64,000 bases of DNA from Escherichia coli (GCF_044647545.1 NZ_CP172818.1), one strand, 5' to 3'. Numbered from the stretch's first letter, positions 10,884 through 21,889 are shown. The notes: generated by a model not told the origin, from the letters alone. Numbers and translations are program-made.

Positions 10884-11544
10884 AGAAGACAGCGCCGGGG
10901 GCCCGCGGCGCCCGCTCCCAGCGCGGCGGGGGCGGGGGGGGGATATAAGGGAGCCTCGTCCCACACCAGCAAAGGGGACGCGGCTCGAGCCCAGCGGGAA
11001 GGGGCGCGGGGAACGTCCGAAGGCGTCATACGCGTAAAACAGCCAGCGCGCGCGATGCGCACATCCCACGTTCGTCCATTCCGCGCAGGACGTGACGACG
11101 CCGGCGTTGGCGGGTTACCGCGCGGCGGGCTGCGGGGCGTTGAGGAACGCCCATAATGGCGGGCGTGCGGCTCCAACGTTCGGCTCTGTTTGGGCTGGTG
11201 CGTACCGGGTTGAGAAGCGGGTAAGTGAACGCGTTGCCGTTTTACGGCAGTGAGAGCGAGTAGCGCCCGCGCGCGGGGGGGGCGGCGGGGCGCGGCCGGT
11301 GTCCCCGGCGCGGCGCGGGTTCGTGGAGGCCACGCGCCAGTGCGGGAGTGGGCCCGGCATGCGAACGGCCGCACTGGGGGCATTCAATGACGACCTTCTC
11401 GGTTCGTGGTGGAGAGGGGGGGACGGTGGGCAGGGCGGCGGGGCGCGGCCCGGCGGGGCCGCGCACCGGGGGGGGGGGGGGGGGGGGGGGGGCGCACCAC
11501 CCCGCGTGCTGCGGGGCAGCGGTGGGCGGCCCCTCTCTCGGGAA
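10884..11544. other. Non-native GC-rich block with a 32-nt G homopolymer occupying the position of fimB-fimE-fimAICDFG and most of fimH; probable artefact or engineered scar, not a gene
   Basis: Abrupt switch at about 10884 from AT-rich nanC-fimB intergenic DNA to high-GC sequence with G runs (10920-10940, 11273-11281, 11469-11502); ends where the fimH reading frame resumes. Confidence 0.8.
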
Positions 11545-11715
11545 CAGTTGATGCGCAACGGTACGATTATTCCAGCGAATAACACGGTATCGTTAGGAGC
11601 AGTAGGGACTTCGGCGGTAAGTCTGGGATTAACGGCAAATTACGCACGTACCGGAGGGCAGGTGACTGCAGGGAATGTGCAATCGATTATTGGCGTGACT
11701 TTTGTTTATCAATAA
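11545..11715 (+). pseudogene. fimH: 3' remnant of fimH (type 1 fimbrial adhesin); the rest of the fim operon is absent
   Basis: Translation ...RNGTIIPANNTVSLGAVGTSAVSLGLTANYARTGGQVTAGNVQSIIGVTFVYQ* matches the FimH C-terminus; upstream frame dissolves into GC-rich filler. Confidence 0.85.
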
Positions 11716-11785
11716 AGAAATCACAGGGCATTGCTAATGCAGGTACGCAATATTACCTGAAGCTAAAAACCTGCACGTTAGCCCT

Positions 11786-11826
11786 TTGTAGGCCAGATAA
11801 GACGCGTCAGCGTCGCATCTGGCATA
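11786..11826. repeat. REP (repetitive extragenic palindromic) element
   Basis: tgtaggccagataagacgcgtcagcgtcgcatctggcat, canonical REP consensus. Confidence 0.7.
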
Positions 11827-11887
11827 AACAAAGCGCACTTTGCGACAATCCGAACAGAGCCCGCCATTGGCAGGCTCTGGTGTTCTT

Positions 11888-13231
11888 TTACGCTACCATG
11901 CTAATAATCAACACAATAATCAGCCCAACCACGGAGTTGACCAGCTCCAGCAGTCCCCAGGTTTTCAACGTGTCTTTTACCGACAGGTCAAAGTAACCTT
12001 TGAACAGCCAGAATGAGGCATCATTAATGTGGGTGAGGGTGTTGGAACCCGCAGCCGTCGCCAGCACCAGCAGCGCCGGATTCACGCCAACCAGCTGACC
12101 GGTTGCTGGATCAAGGATTGCAGCACTGATAATCCCGGCGGCGGTCATCGCCGAAACGACACCCTGACCCGTCGCCAGACGAATTAGCACAGTGATCAGC
12201 CATGCCATAATGTAGGGCGAGATATTGCCGTGGGACATCAACATGCCGATGGTGTCGCCAATGCCGGTGTCGATGATAGTTTGCTTCAACACGCCACCCG
12301 CACCGATGATCAGAATCACCATTGCAATGCTTTTCACCGCACTTTCAAAAGCGTTCATCACCCACTGCATGTCATGACCACGTGCGGTGCCAAAGAGTAC
12401 GAATGCAACCACCATCGCAATAAACATTGCAATCGGCGAGGAACCGATAAAGTTAACCACTTCCCAGGCAGGGGTATCTTTTACCAGCCAGATATTGGCG
12501 ATGGTGGTGGAGATCATAATGATCGCCGGGATCAGCGGCACCAGAATCGAAACGCCGAAAGAGGGCAGATTGTTCATATCTACCGGTTGATCTGCTTTCA
12601 GGAATGATGGCGTTGGGCGCTCAAGATTGCCGAGGAACTTCGGCAGGATCAGACCTGCGCAGATTACACTTGGGATCGTCACCAGTACGCCATAGATATA
12701 AACCATCCCCATATCTGCGCCATAAGCATTCACCAGCGCCACAGGACCCGGCTGCGGTGGGAACAGTGAATGTGCGGTAGTGGCAGCTGCTACTGCCGGG
12801 ATCGCCAGTTTCAGGAACGGAATTTTAGCTTCGGCGGCAATGACAATAACCAGCGGCGCTAACATGATAAAGGCCACTTCATAGAACATCGCCAGACCAA
12901 AAATCAGGCCGATGATAATCACCGACAGCTGTACATAGCGCAGACCGAGACGCGCCAGCAGCGTATGTGCTATCTGGTGAGCCGCGCCGGAGTCGACCAT
13001 CAATTTACCGATGACCGCACCGAACACCACGATGATAGCCAGTTCCCCCAGCGTGTTGCCGAAGCCCGCTTTCATGGTGTGCAGCAGCGACATCAAATCC
13101 ATGCCCGCCAGCATCCCGACGGACAGCGCCGCCACCAACAAAGCCACCATTGAATTGATTTTGAACTTCAAATTCAGTACCAGCATCAGACCAATGCCGA
13201 ATACCACCCAGAGAATGTTAAGCACATGCAT
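11888..13231 (-). CDS. gntP: Fructuronate/gluconate transporter (GntP family)
   Basis: 447-aa multi-[22 protein letters not shown]... Confidence 0.9.
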
Positions 13232-13284
13232 AACGTTTTACCTTACCTGGTTGAACCGTTGTTATTTTGGGCGACATGTTATGT

Positions 13285-13300
13285 AAATTGGTCAACCATT
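13285..13300. promoter_or_regulatory. Candidate UxuR/ExuR operator
   Basis: aaattggtcaaccatt, close to the AAATTGGTnnACCAATTT palindrome; in the gntP-uxuA divergent region. Confidence 0.5.
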
Positions 13301-13393
13301 GTTGCGATGAATGTCACATCCTCTGATCAATAACCATCGATTACCCTTTGCTGCAATTTGCAGCAACAACCAGGAGAGTGAAATTCTTGTGAT

Positions 13394-13408
13394 GTGGTTA
13401 ACCAATTT
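13394..13408. promoter_or_regulatory. Candidate UxuR/ExuR operator (second site)
   Basis: tggttaaccaatttt, second half-site-type palindrome about 175 bp upstream of uxuA. Confidence 0.5.
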
Positions 13409-13570
13409 TAGAATTCGGGTTGACATGTATTACCAAAAGGTAGAACTTATACGCCATCTCATCCGATGCAACGCCACGGCTGCGGTCTGGTTGTTCATCC
13501 GGATACCTAAACAACTCCAGGGTTCCGCGTCTCTTTGCTGTGGAACCCACTATGTGAAAGAGGAAAAATC

Positions 13571-14755
13571 ATGGAACAGACCTGGCGCTGGTACGGCCCA
13601 AACGATCCGGTTTCTTTAGCTGATGTCCGTCAGGCGGGCGCAACTGGCGTGGTTACCGCGCTGCACCATATCCCGAACGGCGAAGTATGGTCCGTTGAAG
13701 AGATCCTCAAACGCAAGGCGATCGTTGAAGACGCAGGCCTGGTATGGTCTGTCGTAGAAAGCGTGCCAATTCACGAAGATATCAAAACCCACACTGGCAA
13801 CTATGAGCAGTGGATCGCTAACTATCAGCAGACTCTGCGCAACCTGGCGCAGTGCGGCATTCGCACCGTGTGCTACAACTTCATGCCGGTGCTCGACTGG
13901 ACCCGTACTGACCTCGAATACGTGCTGCCAGACGGCTCCAAAGCTCTGCGCTTTGACCAGATCGAATTCGCTGCATTCGAAATGCATATCCTGAAACGTC
14001 CAGGCGCGGAAGCGGATTACACCGAAGAAGAAATTGCTCAGGCAGCTGTTCGCTTCGCCACTATGAGCGACGAAGACAAAGCGCGTCTGACCCGTAACAT
14101 CATTGCTGGTCTTCCGGGCGCGGAAGAAGGGTACACCCTCGACCAGTTCCGTAAGCACCTGGAGCTATATAAAGATATCGACAAAGCCAAACTGCGCGAA
14201 AACTTTGCCGTCTTCCTGAAAGCGATTATTCCGGTTGCCGAAGAAGTTGGCGTCCGTATGGCTGTTCACCCGGACGATCCGCCGCGCCCGATCCTCGGCC
14301 TGCCGCGCATTGTTTCCACCATTGAAGATATGCAGTGGATGGTTGATACCGTAAACAGCATGGCGAACGGTTTCACCATGTGCACCGGTTCCTACGGCGT
14401 GCGTGCTGACAACGATCTGGTTGATATGATCAAGCAGTTCGGTCCGCGTATTTACTTCACCCATCTGCGCTCCACCATGCGTGAAGATAACCCGAAAACC
14501 TTCCACGAAGCGGCGCACCTGAACGGTGACGTTGATATGTACGAAGTGGTGAAAGCGATTGTTGAAGAGGAACACCGTCGTAAAGCGGAAGGCAAAGAAG
14601 ACCTGATCCCGATGCGTCCGGACCACGGTCATCAGATGCTGGACGACCTGAAGAAGAAAACTAACCCAGGTTACTCCGCAATTGGTCGTCTGAAAGGCCT
14701 GGCCGAAGTTCGCGGTGTCGAACTGGCGATCCAGCGCGCTTTCTTTAGCCGTTAA
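13571..14755 (+). CDS. uxuA: Mannonate dehydratase
   Basis: ORF 13535-14755; ATG at 13571 ([19 protein letters not shown]...) with RBS GAGGAAA; 394 aa. Confidence 0.9.
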
Positions 14756-14835
14756 TATCCACCGGCATGGCTGCGCGCCGTGCCGGTTCCTTCTTCCTTG
14801 CCGTCACTCTCTGAAGACGGATTCTGGAGTTTACG

Positions 14836-16296
14836 ATGACTACTATTGTTGACAGCAATCTGCCGGTTGCCCGCCCGTCATGGGTGCATTCTCGTCTGGA
14901 ATCACGCATTGTGCATCTCGGTTGCGGGGCGTTTCACCGCGCGCACCAGGCGCTGTATACCCATCATCTGCTGGAAAGTACCGACAGCGACTGGGGTATC
15001 TGCGAAGTTAACCTGATGCCAGGTAACGACCGTGTGCTGATTGAAAACCTGAAAAAACAGCAACTGCTGTACACCGTGGCGGAAAAAGGCGCGGAAAGCA
15101 CCGAACTGAAAATTATCGGTTCGATGAAAGAAGCGCTGCATCCGGAAATCGACGGCTGCGAAGGTATTCTCAACGCGATGGCGCGTCCGCAGACGGCGAT
15201 TGTCTCTCTGACGGTCACGGAAAAAGGCTACTGCGCTGATGCGGCAAGCGGTCAGTTGGATCTCAATAACCCGCTGATCAAGCACGATCTGGAAAACCCG
15301 ACTGCGCCGAAGTCTGCGATTGGTTACATCGTCGAAGCCCTGCGTCTGCGTCGTGAAAAAGGGCTGAAAGCGTTTACGGTGATGTCCTGCGATAACGTGC
15401 GTGAAAACGGTCATGTGGCGAAGGTCGCGGTACTGGGGCTGGCTCAGGCGCGTGACCCGCAGCTGGCGGCATGGATTGAAGAGAACGTCACCTTCCCGTG
15501 CACCATGGTTGACCGCATCGTTCCGGCGGCGACGCCAGAAACCTTACAGGAAATTGCTGACCAGCTGGGTGTTTATGACCCGTGCGCCATTGCCTGCGAA
15601 CCGTTCCGTCAGTGGGTGATTGAAGATAACTTCGTTAATGGTCGTCCGGACTGGGATAAAGTGGGCGCACAGTTCGTTGCAGACGTTGTGCCGTTCGAAA
15701 TGATGAAGCTGCGTATGCTGAACGGCAGCCACTCTTTCCTGGCATACCTCGGTTACCTCGGCGGCTATGAAACTATTGCCGACACCATGACTAACCCGGA
15801 TTATCGCAAAGCGGCCTTTGCCCTGATGATGCAGGAACAAGCGCCAACGCTGTCGATGCCGGAAGGTACGGACCTGAACGCCTATGCGACGCTGCTGATC
15901 GAGCGTTTCAGCAACCCGTCTCTGCGTCACCGTACCTGGCAGATTGCGATGGACGGCAGCCAGAAGTTACCGCAGCGTCTGCTGGATCCGGTGCGTCTGC
16001 ACCTGCAAAACGGCGGCAGCTGGCGTCACCTGGCGCTGGGCGTGGCTGGCTGGATGCGTTACACCCAGGGCGTGGATGAGCAGGGTAATGCCATTGACGT
16101 GGTCGACCCGATGCTGGCCGAGTTCCAGAAGATTAACGCGCAGTATCAGGGCGCAGACCGCGTGAAAGCGCTGCTGGGCCTGAGCGGTATTTTTGCCGAT
16201 GATCTGCCGCAGAATGCCGACTTTGTTGGCGCGGTGACGGCGGCATATCAGCAGCTGTGCGAACGCGGTGCGCGCGAGTGTGTGGCTGCGCTGTAA
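14836..16296 (+). CDS. uxuB: D-mannonate oxidoreductase
   Basis: 486-aa ORF MTTIVDSNLPVARPSWVHSRLESRIVHLGCGAFHRAHQA... Confidence 0.9.
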   Translation: MTTIVDSNLPVARPSWVHSRLESRIVHLGCGAFHRAHQALYTHHLLESTDSDWGICEVNLMPGNDRVLIENLKKQQLLYTVAEKGAESTELKIIGSMKEALHPEIDGCEGILNAMARPQTAIVSLTVTEKGYCADAASGQLDLNNPLIKHDLENPTAPKSAIGYIVEALRLRREKGLKAFTVMSCDNVRENGHVAKVAVLGLAQARDPQLAAWIEENVTFPCTMVDRIVPAATPETLQEIADQLGVYDPCAIACEPFRQWVIEDNFVNGRPDWDKVGAQFVADVVPFEMMKLRMLNGSHSFLAYLGYLGGYETIADTMTNPDYRKAAFALMMQEQAPTLSMPEGTDLNAYATLLIERFSNPSLRHRTWQIAMDGSQKLPQRLLDPVRLHLQNGGSWRHLALGVAGWMRYTQGVDEQGNAIDVVDPMLAEFQKINAQYQGADRVKALLGLSGIFADDLPQNADFVGAVTAAYQQLCERGARECVAAL

Positions 16297-16320
16297 CTAA
16301 CTGATTACCCTACAGACTTA

Positions 16321-16366
16321 CTGGTCAATCAAACTGATATTTGGTTGACCAGTTTTCGTTTTTTTG
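16321..16366 (+). terminator. Intrinsic terminator after uxuB
   Basis: Hairpin ctggtcaa...ttgaccag followed by ttttcgttttttt. Confidence 0.7.
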
Positions 16367-16439
16367 CCCACCTGTACGTGCCAACTTCCAGTGCTAATGG
16401 TATAGTTTGAGATTAACGGGTGCCGTAAAATTGCCCGTT

Positions 16440-16474
16440 GTAGGCCGGATAAGGCGTTCACGCCGCATCCGGCA
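16440..16474. repeat. REP element
   Basis: gtaggccggataaggcgttcacgccgcatccggca. Confidence 0.7.
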
Positions 16475-16510
16475 AAAATTTGATTAACCGCACCTAACGG
16501 ACACAACACC

Positions 16511-17284
16511 ATGAAATCTGCCACCTCTGCGCAAAGACCTTACCAGGAAGTCGGGGCGATGATCCGCGATCTGATCATAAAGACGCCGTACAATCCTGGC
16601 GAACGGTTGCCGCCGGAGCGTGAAATTGCAGAAATGCTTGATGTCACGCGGACGGTGGTACGTGAAGCGCTGATCATGCTGGAGATCAAAGGGCTGGTGG
16701 AAGTGCGCCGGGGTGCCGGTATCTATGTTCTTGATAGCTCAGGCAGCCACAACACAGACAGTCCGGATGCCAACGTTTGCAATGATGCGGGTCCTTTTGA
16801 GCTGTTGCAGGCGCGACAGCTTCTTGAGAGCAACATCGCCGAGTTTGCCGCCCTGCAGGCTACCCGCGAAGATATCGTCAAAATGCGTCAGGCATTGCAA
16901 CTGGAAGAGCGTGAACTGGCTTCCAGTGCGCCGGGCAGCAGCGAAAGCGGTGACATGCAGTTCCATCTCGCTATTGCCGAAGCAACGCATAACAGCATGC
17001 TGGTGGAGCTGTTCCGTCAGTCCTGGCAGTGGCGGGAAAACAATCCAATGTGGATCCAGTTGCACAGCCATCTGGATGACAGCCTGTATCGCAAAGAGTG
17101 GTTGGGCGATCACAAACAGATCCTCGCCGCGTTAATCAAAAAAGATGCCCGAGCGGCGAAGCTGGCAATGTGGCAGCATCTGGAAAACGTTAAGCAACGT
17201 CTGCTGGAATTCTCGAACGTTGACGATATTTATTTTGATGGCTATCTGTTTGATTCATGGCCGCTGGATAAAGTCGACGCCTGA
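16511..17284 (+). CDS. uxuR: GntR-family repressor of the hexuronate regulon
   Basis: 257-aa ORF with N-terminal winged-HTH (..TRTVVREALIMLEIKGLVEVRRGAGIYV..). Confidence 0.9.
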   Translation: MKSATSAQRPYQEVGAMIRDLIIKTPYNPGERLPPEREIAEMLDVTRTVVREALIMLEIKGLVEVRRGAGIYVLDSSGSHNTDSPDANVCNDAGPFELLQARQLLESNIAEFAALQATREDIVKMRQALQLEERELASSAPGSSESGDMQFHLAIAEATHNSMLVELFRQSWQWRENNPMWIQLHSHLDDSLYRKEWLGDHKQILAALIKKDARAAKLAMWQHLENVKQRLLEFSNVDDIYFDGYLFDSWPLDKVDA

Positions 17285-17424
17285 CTTATTATAATAAGCG
17301 CAAGGGTAAACGTTCCTTGCGCTTTCTTAAATTAAGAAGTCGCAATGAGTATTACTTTGTAAATTGCAGGGGATTGTTTAGCTATCTGTATAACCTGAAT
17401 GTTAGTACTCATTCTTCCTGGTAG

Positions 17425-18099
17425 TTATTTACCAATATAATTCCATTCACCATTTTTTAATTCAAACAGTTCTGGAAGAGATGACGGTTGCAGAGTCATA
17501 CGTTTGAGTGGTGCATTTTCATCACCGGGATAGGCTTCTATACCAATTATTGGGTCATTACCCAACTCAATATTAGCATTAAGTAATGCGGCAAGGGCGA
17601 ATCCGGAAGAATTTGCTACCCCTGTTACCGTCATTATCTGATCAATATAGATATCAATCCTTGGCTGCTCATTGGTCCATCTTTTTGCCTGAGAAGCTGG
17701 AAGGGTTGAAATATATCCTATCGTGGTTCCGGCATAACCAGGAACATTGCAACCAGGGCCTAATGTTATTTCATGAACTGTATAGTCCTCAACAGGATCG
17801 AAAGGGCCTTTCATAAATAAATTTAGCCGTAATCCTTTTGCTAACTCTGTGGCAGCATGCGCCTTTTTACATATACCACCATATATTTCGTCTAAAGCTG
17901 AGGTGATTTTCAAGTTTCGATAGAGCATACGTCCTGTTGTTGTAATACCATTGAATTCTCTGCATGTTTCTGTCACATAATTAAATGGCCAGGACTCTTT
18001 ACTAATATCAAGTTTTCTAATTTCGACAACGCTTTTTCTATCGTAATTATGGTTATTGCCACGAGCAAGAGGCGGAAGATAGATATTTTCCGTATCCAT
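17425..18099 (-). CDS. yjiC: Uncharacterised protein YjiC (N-terminus possibly cut by an in-frame stop)
   Basis: 224-aa ORF from ATG at 18097-18099; the frame stays open upstream to a TAA at 18175-18177. Confidence 0.6.
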   Translation of the reverse strand: MDTENIYLPPLARGNNHNYDRKSVVEIRKLDISKESWPFNYVTETCREFNGITTTGRMLYRNLKITSALDEIYGGICKKAHAATELAKGLRLNLFMKGPFDPVEDYTVHEITLGPGCNVPGYAGTTIGYISTLPASQAKRWTNEQPRIDIYIDQIMTVTGVANSSGFALAALLNANIELGNDPIIGIEAYPGDENAPLKRMTLQPSSLPELFELKNGEWNYIGK

Positions 18100-18881
18100 G
18101 CGTGCACGTTCATGTTTACGTGTTAACTCACTGTCGACTTTTGGATGATGAAGGAAGTGATTATCTGTAATAATTTAACTCTGAAGGGCATTGCTTAATG
18201 GCATAGACATAATAGTTACCTTTATGAGTATTTCACTGATGCTTAGAAAAATAGATAAATTTTTCTGTAGTAAAAAGAGAAGTAAACAAATGACATGCAT
18301 GTTTCTGTTGTAGTGATATCAACTCTACACAGTGATATTAAATGGTGGGAAACACTCTAAAGTATCAAAAAACGCTCATTTAAAATTATTTGCATGCAAT
18401 TTAAAAGCATATCTTATTACTAATTGGAATTTGATGTTGCTATATTGATGTCTATATTAATAATGCCTGTGAATGGTATTTTTGATGTATTTGATATGTT
18501 ATCAATTTATATTATTTACAAACTAATTGTTTTAAATAATACATAGCTGATTATGCGGAAATAAATAATTTCCCACCGGAATTAAGTAGCGGTGGTGACA
18601 AGTATTTTCATCTACGTAACTATTCGGAATATTCAGAATATACTAGCGGTTTTTTTTTGAGTTTGATGATTTTTATCAAATCATGACTTTTTTCCTGAAA
18701 AGTCAGTAGATATTCATAGGCAAGTAAGGTTTTATACTTTGCTGACAGGATTCAGGCCTGTCTCAGACTGACATGGATGTAATGAACAAAAGGGAATGGC
18801 TATGGAAAATGAGCATCAATACAGTGGTGCCCGGTGTTCAGGGCAAGCCGCATATGTTGCTAAACGTCAGGAGTGCGCAAA

Positions 18882-19274
18882 ATGATGCGCCAATCACGTC
18901 AGGCTGTTTTACCTGAAATTTCAGGCAATAAAACGTCATCGCTGCGTAAATCAATATGTAGCGATCTCCTCACTCTTTTTAATTCTCCTCATTCGGCATT
19001 ACCGTCATTACTTGTTTCAGGCATGCCCGAGTGGCAAGTGCATAACCAGAGCGACAAACATCTCCAGAGCTGGTATTGCCGTCAGCTGCGTTCTGCACTG
19101 TTATTTCATGAGCCACGGATTGCGGCGTTGCAGGTCAATCTGAAAGAAGCGTACAGCCACACGCTGGCGATCAGCCTTGAGATAATGCTGTACCACGACG
19201 ATGAACCGCTAACGTTTGATCTGGTCTGGGATAATGGCGGTTGGCGTAGTGCGACGCTCGAGAATGTCAGCTAA
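18882..19274 (+). CDS. iraD: Anti-adaptor protein IraD (RpoS stabiliser)
   Basis: ORF 18873-19274; ATG at 18882 gives [17 protein letters not shown]... (130 aa); RBS AGGAG at 18868-18872. Confidence 0.85.
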   Translation: MMRQSRQAVLPEISGNKTSSLRKSICSDLLTLFNSPHSALPSLLVSGMPEWQVHNQSDKHLQSWYCRQLRSALLFHEPRIAALQVNLKEAYSHTLAISLEIMLYHDDEPLTFDLVWDNGGWRSATLENVS

Positions 19275-20178
19275 GTACAATCTCCAGCTCGCGCAGTTCA
19301 CGCCAGAAGCGTTCGGCAACTGGATTCATGCGGGTATTCATTCGGTATGCATAGGCCTGAATCGGGATCACCAGTTCGTCCCGATTCAGTACAACGAGCT
19401 GCCCGCTGCGAATTTCTTGTTGGATGGCGTACTCCGGCAGCCAGGCAATCCCACAGCCGTCGAGGGCAACCTGCTTTAAAAGCTCGCTCATCGAAGAGAC
19501 AAAAAAGGTGCTGAAACTTAACTCACTGTGGCGCGTCAGGGTGCGATTAATCAATCGCCCCATGTAGGAGTTGCGGCTGTAATTCAGTAACGGAAAGTGT
19601 GGCTGCGCGAGGTTAAAAAGTGCTTCTCCGTGTTCGTCACTGGCGCAGACAGGGAACAATTGAGATTCAAATAAGCGAATGTGGTCAAACGGCGCTTCCA
19701 GCAAATCTTCGTCGTGAAAGGAAAAAATACAGTCACTTTGCCCTTCACGCAGTTTATCGACCGCTTCATCGACATCAATAGCTTCAATTGCCCAGGTAAA
19801 GAGCGGCGGCATCTGGCTGATAATGGACGGTAACAGCCCGAGGGAAAGAGAGTGTGCAGCGGCTATTTTAATTTTGCGTTGCGCGTAATCGCTGCCACCA
19901 CGGAGTTCTGCAAGGTTGCTCTCTAACTGTTGCAACAGATGGCGGATCTGCGAATGGAATATTTTACCTTGTTCCGAGAGTTGCAGCGGCGTCACCTGGC
20001 GGTTAAACAATTCAACGCCAATCGCCTGTTCCAGCGCACGGATGCGGCGGCTGAATGCCGGTTGCGAGACGTTGCGACTGACTGCTGCCTGGGAAAAATT
20101 GCGGCATTTTTCCAGGGTCAGAAAATCATAAAGCCATTTAGTTTCAATATTATGCAAAACCGCACCACAGTCATCCAT
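19267..20178 (-). CDS. hypT: LysR-family hypochlorite-responsive regulator
   Basis: 303-aa ORF with N-terminal LysR HTH (..[32 protein letters not shown]..). Confidence 0.85.
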   Translation of the reverse strand: MDDCGAVLHNIETKWLYDFLTLEKCRNFSQAAVSRNVSQPAFSRRIRALEQAIGVELFNRQVTPLQLSEQGKIFHSQIRHLLQQLESNLAELRGGSDYAQRKIKIAAAHSLSLGLLPSIISQMPPLFTWAIEAIDVDEAVDKLREGQSDCIFSFHDEDLLEAPFDHIRLFESQLFPVCASDEHGEALFNLAQPHFPLLNYSRNSYMGRLINRTLTRHSELSFSTFFVSSMSELLKQVALDGCGIAWLPEYAIQQEIRSGQLVVLNRDELVIPIQAYAYRMNTRMNPVAERFWRELRELEIVLS

Positions 20179-20242
20179 TACGTTTTACTCTGTCAGCCGC
20201 CCTTGCGGGCATTCTACGTCCATTCGGGCGGCTGACAACCGT

Positions 20243-21415
20243 TTATGCCGTTTCAAACGTTCCTTTCACGCAGGCTTTGCCGTCTTTGACCATCAGCTTG
20301 CCGCGAGCGTATACCTGCTCAATGCGTAATTCTGGCGTCATGACCAGTAAGTCTGCGTCATTGCCTGGCAGAATTTCGCCTTTCCCGCTCAGGTTAAGGA
20401 AACCGGCTACGCTACTGGTGAGCGGGCGCAGGGCATCGCTGATACTGAAATCATAATCTTTGACCAGCACCTGCACGGTTTCCAGCAACGTTTCAAAACC
20501 GGCAACACCGATATGGGTTAAATTCCCTTCGTCATCGAAGAACGGCTGGCTACCGTTGCCGTCGGAGCTGAGGGTGACGCGTGCCAGCGGAATACCCGCC
20601 TGAACGGCGCGGGCAATACCTTCGGCAGGGGCGACTGGTTCGTCAATGCTGCTGGTGATATCGATGGTGCCGCCTTTGCGCGCGAACTCCAGCGCCTGCT
20701 CAAACAACGGAACGTTGCGGTTAACGTGGGTCGGCAGCAACTTGCTAATCGGCACATCGCAGTTTTCCAGCAGGTCATAGACAGGCTGTAACGCCTTTTT
20801 GCTGTCGCCCATGTGGAACACGGTGACGCCAGGTTTACCGCCGAGCAAACCGCCAACGCGGGATTCCGCCGCCATATTAGCCAGGTGATAAACGTCCGGT
20901 GCGGCAGAACGGTGATCAGAGATGGCGCATTTCACGCCAATCACGCGATCGATAATCGCCACGTCTTTTTCCACGGAACCCGTAATAGTGCGGGAAGGGA
21001 CATGATAAGCGCCGGTCAGCATCCAGGCGCTGATGCCTTCTTCATTGAGCGCACGGGTCTTGGCGAGCAGGGATTCCGGGTGGCGAGAGATAGAGTCGGT
21101 GCCCAGCAGACCAACCACTGACGTGACGCCTGCTTCCGTCAGACGACTTAACGCCACTTCCGGCGTGCGCGTCGTGGGACCTGCTTCGCCGCCACCGCCA
21201 ATCAAATGGACGTGTTGATCAATAAAACCTGGGCAGAGGATCTGCCCGCTGAGATCGACAACCGTGCAGTCCGGTACAATGTCAGAAGGGATATTACTGG
21301 CAACGGCGATAATTTTGCCGTTAGCGACGAGGACATCGCAAATTCCCCGATCTTCCGGCGCATACAAATGCGCTCCCTGCAGCAGGGTAAAACCGGCTGC
21401 GGTATAATCAATCAT
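20243..21415 (-). CDS. iadA: Isoaspartyl dipeptidase
   Basis: 390-aa ORF MIDYTAAGFTLLQGAHLYAPEDRG..., amidohydrolase-type metal ligands. Confidence 0.9.
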   Translation of the reverse strand: MIDYTAAGFTLLQGAHLYAPEDRGICDVLVANGKIIAVASNIPSDIVPDCTVVDLSGQILCPGFIDQHVHLIGGGGEAGPTTRTPEVALSRLTEAGVTSVVGLLGTDSISRHPESLLAKTRALNEEGISAWMLTGAYHVPSRTITGSVEKDVAIIDRVIGVKCAISDHRSAAPDVYHLANMAAESRVGGLLGGKPGVTVFHMGDSKKALQPVYDLLENCDVPISKLLPTHVNRNVPLFEQALEFARKGGTIDITSSIDEPVAPAEGIARAVQAGIPLARVTLSSDGNGSQPFFDDEGNLTHIGVAGFETLLETVQVLVKDYDFSISDALRPLTSSVAGFLNLSGKGEILPGNDADLLVMTPELRIEQVYARGKLMVKDGKACVKGTFETA

Positions 21416-21427
21416 GGTAACTCCTTG

Positions 21428-21889
21428 TTAAACAATAAGCTGCATAACCCAGATCGACAGCAATGCGTTAATCACGCAGACCGTAATGATATGCGGGTAA
21501 TATTTGGCATTCACTTCGGCTGTCCCCAGGCAGCGACCGACATTTTGCACCGGGTTGCCCATTAAATACATCGCGGGCAGTAAAACGGTGACATCGTGAC
21601 CGGTTAATGCGCCAGCGGTTGCCAGACTGGCGGCAACACCGACTGCGCCGCCCATACTCATTAATGCGGCTAAAAGGACGGTTGCCGCTTCACCGGGTAA
21701 TCCCCACAGCGCCATTACGGGTTCACAGATATGCCCCACCCAGTCGAGCAGGCCGGTAATTTTCAGCGCCTGAATGATGACAAACGCCATCACCACGTTT
21801 GGCAGCAGGTTGGTCGTGGCGATAGTAAAGCCACGGCGCGCACCATCGATAAACATATCCATGACGTTTTTGCGGACCTGAGTTGTCAT
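21428..21889 (-). CDS. yjiG: Nucleoside-recognition (Gate) domain inner-membrane protein
   Basis: 153-aa hydrophobic ORF; stop overlaps yjiH start, forming an operon with iadA. Confidence 0.8.
   Translation of the reverse strand: MTTQVRKNVMDMFIDGARRGFTIATTNLLPNVVMAFVIIQALKITGLLDWVGHICEPVMALWGLPGEAATVLLAALMSMGGAVGVAASLATAGALTGHDVTVLLPAMYLMGNPVQNVGRCLGTAEVNAKYYPHIITVCVINALLSIWVMQLIV

Noticed and set aside
10574-11585. ORFs 10574-11383, 10842-11069, 11115-11585, 11242-11466 (minus) and 11348-11551 (plus) inside the GC-rich fim replacement block
   Set aside because: Low-complexity Pro/Arg/Ala/Gly-rich translations typical of any high-GC DNA, overlapping in several frames, with no RBS or recognisable fold; only the in-frame fimH tail (11545-11715) is real coding sequence.
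14165-15930. Several 128 to 180-aa minus-strand ORFs opposite uxuA and uxuB (for example 13616-14158, 14165-14632, 14902-15414, 15544-15930)
   Set aside because: Antisense shadow ORFs within the uxuAB coding regions; Arg/His/Phe-rich with no independent support.
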